From Patescibacteria group bacterium (GTDB lineage Bacteria; Patescibacteriota; Minisyncoccia; UBA6257; UBA11618), in NCBI GenBank assembly GCA_043822345.1, contig JBDRBW010000022.1:1-35338 (forward strand): 35,338 nucleotides of DNA, in the 5' to 3' direction. The notes beneath the pieces are model-generated. The model had not been told where the DNA came from. It ran no database searches and worked only from the letters and a program-made list of their open reading frames with translations. A program made the position numbers and the translations under genes. Of this stretch, positions 27,073-34,656 are shown piece by piece; position 1 is the stretch's first letter; every line of letters begins with the position of its first letter.

Positions 27073-27550
27073 CGTCATCTCGACCGAAGTGGAGAGATCT
27101 CATTAATGTGGACGCATTGAGATCTTTCGACTCCGCTTCGCTTCGCTCAAGATGACAAGATGACAGAAGTAGTCATCTCGACCGAAGTGGAGAGATCTCA
27201 TTAATTCCAATCATCAGATAAATCCTTAAATTCGGGATTATTTTTCTTAATTAGCTCTATCTTTTTCTTTCTTGACCACCTTTTAAGTTGTTTTTCTCTA
27301 GAAATCGCATCATACGGATTATCAAAAACTTCATAGTGTATAACCTTATTTAAATTATATTTTTCAGTAAAACCTTTAACTTGCTTTTGTTTGTGCTGCC
27401 AAGCTCTGTTAGAAATATCGTTAGTAACTCCTATATAGGATGTCGTATTCCACTTGTTCATCATTATGTAAACATAAAGATTTTTGCTCATAGTGATGTT
27501 GATGAGATTTCTCGACTTCACTCACTTCGTTCGTTTCGCTCGAAATGACG
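27073..27550. mobile_element. Candidate REP-flanked GIY-YIG cassette
   Basis: REP units at 27073-27103, 27118-27156, 27172-27201 and 27502-27550. The last two face each other around the nuclease gene. Confidence 0.65.
27201..27491 (-). CDS. Small stand-alone GIY-YIG nuclease family protein
   Basis: LYVYIM...YIGVTND...R..QH...GFTEKY...YEVF...AISREKQLKRWSR..K..LI...NP. Start set at MSKNLY. Confidence 0.92.
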   Translation of the reverse strand: MSKNLYVYIMMNKWNTTSYIGVTNDISNRAWQHKQKQVKGFTEKYNLNKVIHYEVFDNPYDAISREKQLKRWSRKKKIELIKKNNPEFKDLSDDWN

Positions 27551-27608
27551 GGATTGAAAATTCAGTCATTAGAGTTTTATTCGAAATTCAAAATTAGAAA
27601 TTCGAAAT

Positions 27609-28208
27609 TCAGCGCGTAGCGCTGTCAAATTGCTCCATCGTTGCCGTAAATCGTTGATTGAGTTCGTTAATGTTGCGAATCTCCTGATTAATTGCGTCCA
27701 TATACTGCTTCACTAATTGATCGCTATTCGTCGCTTCTCCTCTAAACTTTTGTTGTAACAAATCATATAACTGGCGCAATAAGCTATGATAGTTAATCAA
27801 GCGATTAACCAAACTCACCTCATAACCCACCGCCTCGGTCGCCAGCGCCTGCGCCTGGCCAGGATTAATCTGCTCCAAATAGGCCGCCATAATACCTAGC
27901 TGGCTGGAAAGTAAAATCGCTTGTTGGCGCGCCTCGCTATTTCTTGCTAGCTCTTTATCGGCTAATTCCAGCGCTTGAGAATATTTTTTCTGCTCATCTA
28001 ATCCGGCGATTTGCTCCAGTCCAGCCAATGATTGGTGCGCCAAAAAAACAATCTGCTCCGCCACCAAAGCGCCGGACTCTCGCGCTTCACTGAATTCATA
28101 AGGAACATAAGGATTCCCCCACCACCAACTCTCCCCAAAAATATAAACGCCGCCGGCAACCAAAAACACCGCTATGGTGGCTATCAAAATAATTTTACGC
28201 GTATCCAT
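27609..28208 (-). CDS. Membrane-anchored helical hypothetical protein
   Basis: 199 aa with an N-terminal TM helix and amphipathic helices. Confidence 0.75.
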   Translation of the reverse strand: MDTRKIILIATIAVFLVAGGVYIFGESWWWGNPYVPYEFSEARESGALVAEQIVFLAHQSLAGLEQIAGLDEQKKYSQALELADKELARNSEARQQAILLSSQLGIMAAYLEQINPGQAQALATEAVGYEVSLVNRLINYHSLLRQLYDLLQQKFRGEATNSDQLVKQYMDAINQEIRNINELNQRFTATMEQFDSATR

Positions 28209-28209
28209 G

Positions 28210-28281
28210 AGCGGGTAAGGGGAATTGAACCCCTGTCAACAGGTTGGAAACCTGTGGTAATAGCCACTATACGATACCCGC
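28210..28281 (-). tRNA. tRNA-Gly(TCC)
   Basis: GCGGGTA acceptor stem, U73 and anticodon arm ACAGG-TTTCCAA-CCTGT. TGCTATAAT at 28292-28300. Confidence 0.92.
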
Positions 28282-28305
28282 TGATTCATGTATTATAGCA
28301 TAGAA

Positions 28306-28330
28306 GTAACTAAAACGCCATTTTTTCGTT
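28306..28330 (+). promoter_or_regulatory. Putative ECF autoregulatory promoter
   Basis: GTAAC-16 nt-CGTT directly before the ECF sigma ATG. Confidence 0.5.
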
Positions 28331-28334
28331 ATCT

Positions 28335-28889
28335 ATGTTAGAGGACGAGTATAAAATAATAAAACGCGCCCAACGAGGTGATCAGGAGTATTTCGGCCAA
28401 TTGTACGACCACTATACTCCCCAAATCTACCGCTTCGTCTTCTTTAAGGTCGGTCACCAACAGGAGGCCGAAGATCTGACGCACGAGATATTTCTCAACG
28501 CCTGGAAGAATATTGATAATTTCACCTATCGAGGACACCCCTTTTCCAGTTGGCTGTACCAAATAGCCCGCAATCGCATTATTGATTACTACCGCGCGAA
28601 AAAAGATACCATTTCCCTAGATGATGTAAAAGAGATAATTCCCGAAACCGGCAATAGTATAGAAGAACGGCTGGACATCGGCTATGATATGGAAAAAATC
28701 AAGATGGCGATGCGACAGCTAAACGGAGACCAGCAGAACGTTATCATTCTTCGTTTTATTGAAGAACTATCCCCCGCCGAAATCGCCAAGGCAATGGATA
28801 AAAGCGAGGGCGCCGTCCGCCTCATCCAACACCGAGCAATTAAAAATCTTCGCGTCATTCTGAACACAAGTGAAGAATCTTATGAATAA
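28335..28889 (+). CDS. ECF RNA polymerase sigma factor
   Basis: Region 2 AEDLTHEIF...FSSWLYQIARNRIIDYYR and region 4 LSPAEIAKAMDKSEGAVRLIQHRA. Confidence 0.93.
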   Translation: MLEDEYKIIKRAQRGDQEYFGQLYDHYTPQIYRFVFFKVGHQQEAEDLTHEIFLNAWKNIDNFTYRGHPFSSWLYQIARNRIIDYYRAKKDTISLDDVKEIIPETGNSIEERLDIGYDMEKIKMAMRQLNGDQQNVIILRFIEELSPAEIAKAMDKSEGAVRLIQHRAIKNLRVILNTSEESYE

Positions 28890-29241
28890 TCTAGAACAAC
28901 AACTAAAACAATTAAAACACCTGAAACCCGACCAGGAGTTTTTGCAATACTCGCGGCAAGAAATTTTAAACACATCCAAGCCCCCCCGAAGTATTTTCTT
29001 ACTTAAAAATAGTTTAAACTTCGCCGTTGCCGTCGGCTTGGCGGCGCTACTGATGTTTGTCGTTACTGATGGCCTTAACAAAAGTGCCCAACCATCATCG
29101 CTAGTGGAGAACAAGCCAGATTTCAGCATTAAACTGGAAGAGGCGCGTTATTTTAAAGAAATTGCCCCCGATGTTTATGTGGTCGTCCTCAACGACGCTC
29201 CCGAAAACACCGAAAGGACTATAGAAGAGCTGACTAAGTAA
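28882..29241 (+). CDS. Single-TM protein, putative anti-sigma factor
   Basis: Overlaps the ECF stop. Short cytoplasmic N-terminus followed by a TM helix. Confidence 0.6.
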   Translation: MNNLEQQLKQLKHLKPDQEFLQYSRQEILNTSKPPRSIFLLKNSLNFAVAVGLAALLMFVVTDGLNKSAQPSSLVENKPDFSIKLEEARYFKEIAPDVYVVVLNDAPENTERTIEELTK

Positions 29242-29285
29242 ATTAAAAAATCGCCTCGATTGTTTGTCGAGGCGATTTTTTAATT
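29241..29285. terminator. Bidirectional intrinsic terminator
   Basis: AATTAAAAAATCGCCTCGA-loop-TCGAGGCGATTTTTTAATT. Confidence 0.75.
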
Positions 29286-29557
29286 TACATAACAGCTTCT
29301 TTCATCAACTTACCCGGTCGAAACTTGGGCTTGACCATCGCTTTAATCTTAATCGCTTCACCAGTGGCCGGATTACGGCCCATTCTTTCAGCTCTCTTAT
29401 AAACCTTAAAGGTGCCGAAGCCGGTAAAGACCACATCCTCGCCGCGGCTCATTGTCTTGACAATAACATCAAGAACGGCCTCAACAGCGGCCTGCGCCTC
29501 CTTTTTCTGCATGCCAGTCGCCTCAGCGACGGCCATAACGAAATCTGGTTTCTTCAT
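29285..29557 (-). CDS. hup: DNA-binding protein HU
   Basis: GFGTFKV..RAERMGRNPATGE.I.I....PKFRPGK. Confidence 0.95.
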   Translation of the reverse strand: MKKPDFVMAVAEATGMQKKEAQAAVEAVLDVIVKTMSRGEDVVFTGFGTFKVYKRAERMGRNPATGEAIKIKAMVKPKFRPGKLMKEAVM

Positions 29558-29646
29558 AAAAATATAAACTTAAAAACGACCTTTTACTTCTAGAGTATAG
29601 CAAAAATAGCTATTTTATACCAGCTAAATAAATTATCAGCAACTTA

Positions 29647-30582
29647 CTAAGGAAATGGTGAGTTGGTCAAGGTGGGTTGAGGTCTTAAAAACTTATTTTT
29701 AAATTCATTAAAAATCTCTTGAAGAACAGGACTATTTCCATTGCCGTTATTGTAATCCCTAAGCTGTATAAAATACCGCGATGATAACGCCTTAGATATT
29801 CTTTCTATTAAAGAATCCACACACTCCTCATTATTTTCACAATAAGACTTAATCTTATTTAATACGCTATTATCTGCTTTAATAATGCTTACAAAAATTT
29901 TAGCAGTAAGTTCCCAATCTTCCTGTTCAGCAAATATCTCTACAAAATTGAAATAACCGATTACGCCCTCAAAAAATAAACTGATAGGAGCAACTACTCT
30001 TCCCGCAATCCTCCACCCCGTTCCCGCTTTGGAAGAACACCATCGCCACAACCTACTCAACGCGCCAACCTTTGTTCCTCCTCTCTTCAAATATTGTATT
30101 ACATCCTTCAGTTGTTTAATCTTATCTTTCATCATCTTTATTTGATCACGCGTCCCCGGCATATCCATCATAATATTTCTTCCTCGTCGGCTAATATAGT
30201 CAGAATGACCGAATATTTTTTCTTTAAGAGCCGTATATCTATTATATCCCGGAGTTCCTTCTGGTGCGCTTCTCAGAGACTCAAGCTCCCAGAGGTCCTG
30301 TGTTATCTCTACTTCCGCTCTTCTAAGAGCCGCTTCCATACCCCCAAGTCTCGCTTCTAAATTTGGCACATCCAAAGCGGAAAGCCTTCCTCCTAGAAAA
30401 TCTGGCACAGTAGGTCCTTCTGCCTTGATTAATTTTGGTATTGGTTGACTACTTTTATAAAAAACAAACCCGATACCACTACTAACCACAACAGCCACAA
30501 TTAAAACCGATACCAAAAAACTAGTCCAAAAACCGACCTCGCGCACCGGTCTAAAAAGAAACTTCTTTAAGTTATTTTTCAC
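29647..30582 (-). CDS. Membrane-anchored coiled-coil orphan protein
   Basis: 311 aa with an N-terminal TM helix, a coiled-coil segment and a second hydrophobic stretch. TGATAGAAT lies 6 nt before the GTG. Confidence 0.7.
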   Translation of the reverse strand: MKNNLKKFLFRPVREVGFWTSFLVSVLIVAVVVSSGIGFVFYKSSQPIPKLIKAEGPTVPDFLGGRLSALDVPNLEARLGGMEAALRRAEVEITQDLWELESLRSAPEGTPGYNRYTALKEKIFGHSDYISRRGRNIMMDMPGTRDQIKMMKDKIKQLKDVIQYLKRGGTKVGALSRLWRWCSSKAGTGWRIAGRVVAPISLFFEGVIGYFNFVEIFAEQEDWELTAKIFVSIIKADNSVLNKIKSYCENNEECVDSLIERISKALSSRYFIQLRDYNNGNGNSPVLQEIFNEFKNKFLRPQPTLTNSPFP

Positions 30583-30700
30583 CCTTTAATTCTATCACAA
30601 AATCTATATTTTATTCCCACTAAAAAGAGCGAAACCCACGCTGTTCTATAATAATAGATAAAAAAATAAGTAACGCGGAGTTGCAGAGAAAAATGTTAAA

Positions 30701-30851
30701 ACAACGGTAGTGGATATAGTTCGAAGGAATGTCTCGGAGGCGAATTTGCTTGGTCCCGAGCTTGCGAGGGAAATTCGCCGAGAGCCAAGCGGCTGATTTT
30801 CGCCGGAAAAATCAGACCGCGGTTCCTGAGAGCTATATCCACTACCGTTGT
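30701..30851. repeat. Structured multi-stem element, copy B
   Basis: Perfect 19 bp arms ACAACGGTAGTGGATATAG / CTATATCCACTACCGTTGT. Core matches copy A. Lies 7 nt after the rny stop. Confidence 0.85.
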
Positions 30852-30858
30852 CATATTC

Positions 30859-32382
30859 CTACCTAGCGTATTCCACAGCGCGCATTTCGCGAATCACATT
30901 TACCTTGACCTCCCCCGGAAACTTCAATTCCGCCTGAATCTTGCCCGAAATATCCTTCGCCAACTGCAAGGCCGCGAAATCATCAATCTTCTCCGGAATA
31001 ACAAAGATTCGCACCTCCCGTCCGCCGGAGAGCGCATAGGCGGTCTTAACGCCGTCAAATGATTGGGCGATTTTCTCCAAACCTTCTAAACGTTTCAAAT
31101 AATTTTCCAAACTGTCGCGGCGCGCTCCCGGCCGGGCGCCCGATATCACATCAGCCGCCGAAACCACAAACGCTTCGGGGATGGCGCATGGATAGTCGTC
31201 ATGGTGCGCCTCCATCGCCTGAATTACCCTTTCATTAACATTATATTTCTTCAATAATTTTCTACCCAGCTCCACGTGCGTTCCCTCGGCCTCGTGGTCA
31301 ATCGCCTTGCCAATATCATGCACCAACGCCCCCTTCTTGGCCACCTCCACATCTAAGCCCAACTCACTGGCAATCATACCGGCAATATGGGCCATCTCTA
31401 TGGAATGCAATAAAACATTTTGTCCGTAACTGGTGCGAAAATTGAGCCGTCCCAGCAAATGAACAATTTCTTTGGGAAAATCAACAATCCCCAATTCATA
31501 AACCGCCTCCTCGCCAACCTCCTGCATCCGCTTGTCCAACTCCCGCTTCGCCTCTTCAACTTTTTCCTCAATCTTCGCCGGCTGAATACGGCCGTCCTTA
31601 ATCAGTTTTCCCAAAGCCAGCTTCGCCGTTTCTCGGCGTAGCGGGTCAAAAGAAGAAATCATAATACTCTCCGGTGTTTCGTCTACCACAATTTCTACGC
31701 CAGTTAACCGCTCCAAAGTCCTGATATTTCTCCCCTCACGACCGATAATCTTGCCCTTCAAATCCTCATCGGGCAAAACAAAATTCGTTGTCGTTAGCTC
31801 GGCAATATGAGAGCGGGCATAGCGCTGTAACGCGGTGGTAATAATCTCTACACTCTTTTTTTCAATTTCCTCCACTCGCTCCTTCTCCATCTTTTTCACC
31901 GCCTCCATTAAATCCTTGTTATACTCCTCCTTGGCTAGCTTAATCACATAATCCCGCGCCTCTTCTATGCCCATGCCAGCCGCCTGCTCCAATCGTTGGG
32001 CCGCCTGCTTATACAAACGACTCGTTTCGGCTCTGGTCTCATTAATCCGAGAAAGTTCATCATTTAAATCTTTCTGCTTAACAACTGCATCTTGCGCCTG
32101 TTTGTCCAACCCCTCCTCTTTTTTCAGTAGTCGTTCCTCCGCCTTGTCCAAGCGCCGCTTTCTTTCTATTTCCTCTTTTTTAACTTCATCAAAAATCCCA
32201 GCCGACTTATCCTTGGCTTTTAAAACAATATCCTGCGCCTCTCGTTTGGCGTCTTCAACCTTCGCCTTTATTTTTTGCTCTAGTGAATTAGCCTTGTTTA
32301 CGGCTATCGCCTGACGAATAAAGTAACCAGCAACCAAGCCAAAAGCAACACTGCCCACCAGCAAAAGTAAGTTTTGATCCAT
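30859..32382 (-). CDS. rny: Ribonuclease Y
   Basis: TM helix and coiled coil, KH domain KGKIIGREGRNIR, HD domain RTSYGQNVL.HS...HDIGK, and SGARPGAR. Confidence 0.96.
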   Translation of the reverse strand: MDQNLLLLVGSVAFGLVAGYFIRQAIAVNKANSLEQKIKAKVEDAKREAQDIVLKAKDKSAGIFDEVKKEEIERKRRLDKAEERLLKKEEGLDKQAQDAVVKQKDLNDELSRINETRAETSRLYKQAAQRLEQAAGMGIEEARDYVIKLAKEEYNKDLMEAVKKMEKERVEEIEKKSVEIITTALQRYARSHIAELTTTNFVLPDEDLKGKIIGREGRNIRTLERLTGVEIVVDETPESIMISSFDPLRRETAKLALGKLIKDGRIQPAKIEEKVEEAKRELDKRMQEVGEEAVYELGIVDFPKEIVHLLGRLNFRTSYGQNVLLHSIEMAHIAGMIASELGLDVEVAKKGALVHDIGKAIDHEAEGTHVELGRKLLKKYNVNERVIQAMEAHHDDYPCAIPEAFVVSAADVISGARPGARRDSLENYLKRLEGLEKIAQSFDGVKTAYALSGGREVRIFVIPEKIDDFAALQLAKDISGKIQAELKFPGEVKVNVIREMRAVEYAR

Positions 32383-32458
32383 AATTTAAGTTGTGAACTA
32401 TACAGTTCATTGGTTATTATTAATATGACTACCAATATTATAGTAAAATTAATTTAAA

Positions 32459-34069
32459 ATGTCAAAGCCCCACAAACAAACAATTACTTTATTGATTCTA
32501 GACGGCTGGGGCATTGGCGCCAACAACCCCACCAACCCCATCCACATCGCCCAGCCCAAAAACATCCAACAGATAAAAAACCATTATCTAGGAGGTAATT
32601 TACAGGCCTCCGGTATCGCCGTCGGCCTACCATGGAATGAAGAAGGCAATAGCGAGGTCGGCCACCTCACCATCGGCGCCGGTAAAACTATTTATCAAAA
32701 CTACCCCCGCATCACCCTTGCTATCCAAAGTGGTGAGTTCGCTAAAAATAAAATTTTTCTTGATGCCTTTGAGCATGCCAAAAAAAATAATTCTTCTTTG
32801 CACCTAATTGGCTTATTATCCGAAGGCAACGTTCACGCTTCTCTAACGCATCTTACTGCTCTTATTGATTTAGCAAAAAAACACCAGGTTGCCCAAATTA
32901 AACTTGACCTGATTAGCGACGGCCGCGACAGCCCTCCGCAATCGGTTTTACAACTCCTAGAAAAACTTAAATCTTCAGGCGTCATCCTGAGCGCAAGCGA
33001 AGGACCTTCGAAAGATTCTTCGGTTCCACCTCAGAATGACAGTAGCATAACGATCGCCTCCCTCTCCGGCCGCTACTTTGCTATGGATCGCGACCGCCAC
33101 TGGGACCGCGCCCAAGAATACTACAATACCCTTTTGGGTAAAAAAGAATCTGACGGCAATATTACCAAACACATAAAAACTCAATACGAACACGGTCTTA
33201 ATGACCAATACCTCGAACCTATCAGTATCGACCCCAAAAACAACGCTATTAAGAACAATGACGCCGTCATCTTTTTCAACTTCCGCGAGGACCGAATGCG
33301 CCAGCTAACAGCGATCTTCCTTAACCCTGACTTTAAAGAATTTGCCACCGCGCCGATCAAAAATCTCCACATCGCCACCATGGTCCAGTATTCCGACCAA
33401 TTTAAAACCAATGTCGCCTTTCCTCCGGAAAAAATTGCTCTGCCACTCGGCAAGGTGTTAGCCGACAATAATAAATTACAATTAAGAGTCGCTGAGACAG
33501 AAAAGTATGCTCACGTAACCTACTTCTTCAACGGCCTTAAAGATAAGCCGGCAAAAAATGAGTACCGCATTCTCATCCCCTCTAAAAACATCGTTCGCCA
33601 CGAAGAACATCCAGAAATGATGGCCGCCGAAATTACCGACCGAGTAATACAAGCTATTGAAGAGGGCGAGATGGACTTTATTCTAGCCAACCTCGCCAAC
33701 CCCGATATGATTGCCCATACCGGCGACTTCAACGCCACCGTTACCGCTATTAAAGTGGTTGATGAACAGGTCGGCAAAATTCTCCAAGCCACCATCGCCC
33801 GCGACGCCGTTTTAATTATCACCTCCGATCACGGCAACGCCGAAAGAATGCTAGATCCGCTTACCGGCCACATAGAGACCAAACACGACACCAGTCCCGT
33901 CCCCTTTTATTTAGTCGGTAAGCGATTTGAAAGAAAATCGGGCACCGAATGGCACCCGGCTATGCCAGTTGGCGTCCTCTCTGACATCGCCCCCACCATT
34001 CTTGACTTAATGAAAATCCCCAAACCCGCCGAAATGACCGGCGAAAGTTTATTAAAACGGCTTTTATAA
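32459..34069 (+). CDS. gpmI: 2,3-bisphosphoglycerate-independent phosphoglycerate mutase
   Basis: ILDGWG, GNSEVGH, DGRD, GRYFAMDRD, AETEKYAHVTYFFNG and TSDHGNAE. Confidence 0.96.
   Translation: MSKPHKQTITLLILDGWGIGANNPTNPIHIAQPKNIQQIKNHYLGGNLQASGIAVGLPWNEEGNSEVGHLTIGAGKTIYQNYPRITLAIQSGEFAKNKIFLDAFEHAKKNNSSLHLIGLLSEGNVHASLTHLTALIDLAKKHQVAQIKLDLISDGRDSPPQSVLQLLEKLKSSGVILSASEGPSKDSSVPPQNDSSITIASLSGRYFAMDRDRHWDRAQEYYNTLLGKKESDGNITKHIKTQYEHGLNDQYLEPISIDPKNNAIKNNDAVIFFNFREDRMRQLTAIFLNPDFKEFATAPIKNLHIATMVQYSDQFKTNVAFPPEKIALPLGKVLADNNKLQLRVAETEKYAHVTYFFNGLKDKPAKNEYRILIPSKNIVRHEEHPEMMAAEITDRVIQAIEEGEMDFILANLANPDMIAHTGDFNATVTAIKVVDEQVGKILQATIARDAVLIITSDHGNAERMLDPLTGHIETKHDTSPVPFYLVGKRFERKSGTEWHPAMPVGVLSDIAPTILDLMKIPKPAEMTGESLLKRLL
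32981..33040. repeat. REP-like doublet (60 bp) in-frame in gpmI
   Basis: GTCATCCTGAGCGCAAGCGAAGGACCT...AGATTCTTCG...CTCAGAATGAC, translated as VILSASEGPSKDSSVPPQND. Confidence 0.88.
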
Positions 34070-34096
34070 TTACCACCTCGTCATATTGGACAAACG

Positions 34097-34127
34097 TAAA
34101 CGGCTCACTTTGAAAGTGAGCCGTTTA
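34097..34127. terminator. Terminator-like hairpin after gpmI
   Basis: TAAACGGCTCACTT-TGA-AAGTGAGCCGTTTA. Confidence 0.65.
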
Positions 34128-34133
34128 TTGTTG

Positions 34134-34275
34134 CGTCATCCTGAACCGCAGTGAAGGATCCTATGTCATTGCGAGCGAAGCCGAGTCGGACTCGGCGAAG
34201 CGTGGCAATCTTAAAGATTCTTCGTACGACTTCCTCCTTCGCTTCTCGAGCTACGGAAGGACACGGCAGAATGAC
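34134..34275. repeat. Cluster of three REP-like units of different subtypes
   Basis: CGTCATCCTGAAC..GGATCC (34134-34161), GTCATTGCGAG..GCAATCT (34165-34211) and AGATTCTTCG..CAGAATGAC (34215-34275). Confidence 0.8.
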
Positions 34276-34292
34276 ACGATGAGATTCATAAA

Positions 34293-34640
34293 CTAAGGAA
34301 AAACTCCGTACCACGGCTGTTCATTATTATCTCCAGACGGCCGGCAATAGTTGTAAATAGCTAAAAGAAAATCTCTAAAATCTCTAATTAAGCTCTGTTG
34401 ATACAAAGCGGCGGCTAATAATAACTGATCGATGAGATTACTTTGTTGAATAGCAGCTGTCAGTAAAAGGTTATCGATAGCTTCCGATTGAGCAATAGCG
34501 GCGTTGAGTAATTCTTGGTCGGTGGTGGGAGTTGTGATTTGCGCCCAAACAACTGATGAGAAACTTAAACTTACAACTAACACTAAAAACACAACACAGC
34601 ATGTCATTCTGAACGAAGTGAAGAATCTTGAGGTTTTCAT
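34293..34640 (-). CDS. Secreted orphan protein with 15 aa helical repeats
   Basis: Signal-peptide-like VVWA/Q and LLxAAIxQSxxID repeats. The N-terminus includes the REP unit at 34603-34628. Confidence 0.65.
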   Translation of the reverse strand: MKTSRFFTSFRMTCCVVFLVLVVSLSFSSVVWAQITTPTTDQELLNAAIAQSEAIDNLLLTAAIQQSNLIDQLLLAAALYQQSLIRDFRDFLLAIYNYCRPSGDNNEQPWYGVFP

Positions 34641-34656
34641 AAAACTATGTAGCCTG

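Larger units (their letters stand above)
27005..27610. repeat. TTCGAAA-type short-unit inverted repeat enclosing the REP/GIY-YIG cassette
   Basis: AATTTTGAATTTCGAATAAA (27020-27039) is the exact reverse complement of 27576-27595. GAATTTCGAA/TTCGAAATTC marks the ends. Confidence 0.8.

Noticed and set aside
27073-27205. 34 bp direct repeats as a mini CRISPR array
   Set aside because: Only two copies, the intervening sequence is itself an inverted REP unit, and no cas genes are in the window.
27201-27491. GIY-YIG as an intron homing endonuclease or UvrC fragment
   Set aside because: It is intergenic, not in an intron, and is a complete ~96 aa stand-alone-type domain without UvrC or homing DNA-binding modules.
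34105-34314. 69 aa ORF, and likewise 7534-7740, 8313-8525 and 22726-22956
   Set aside because: Open frames running through palindromic repeats or antisense to real genes.
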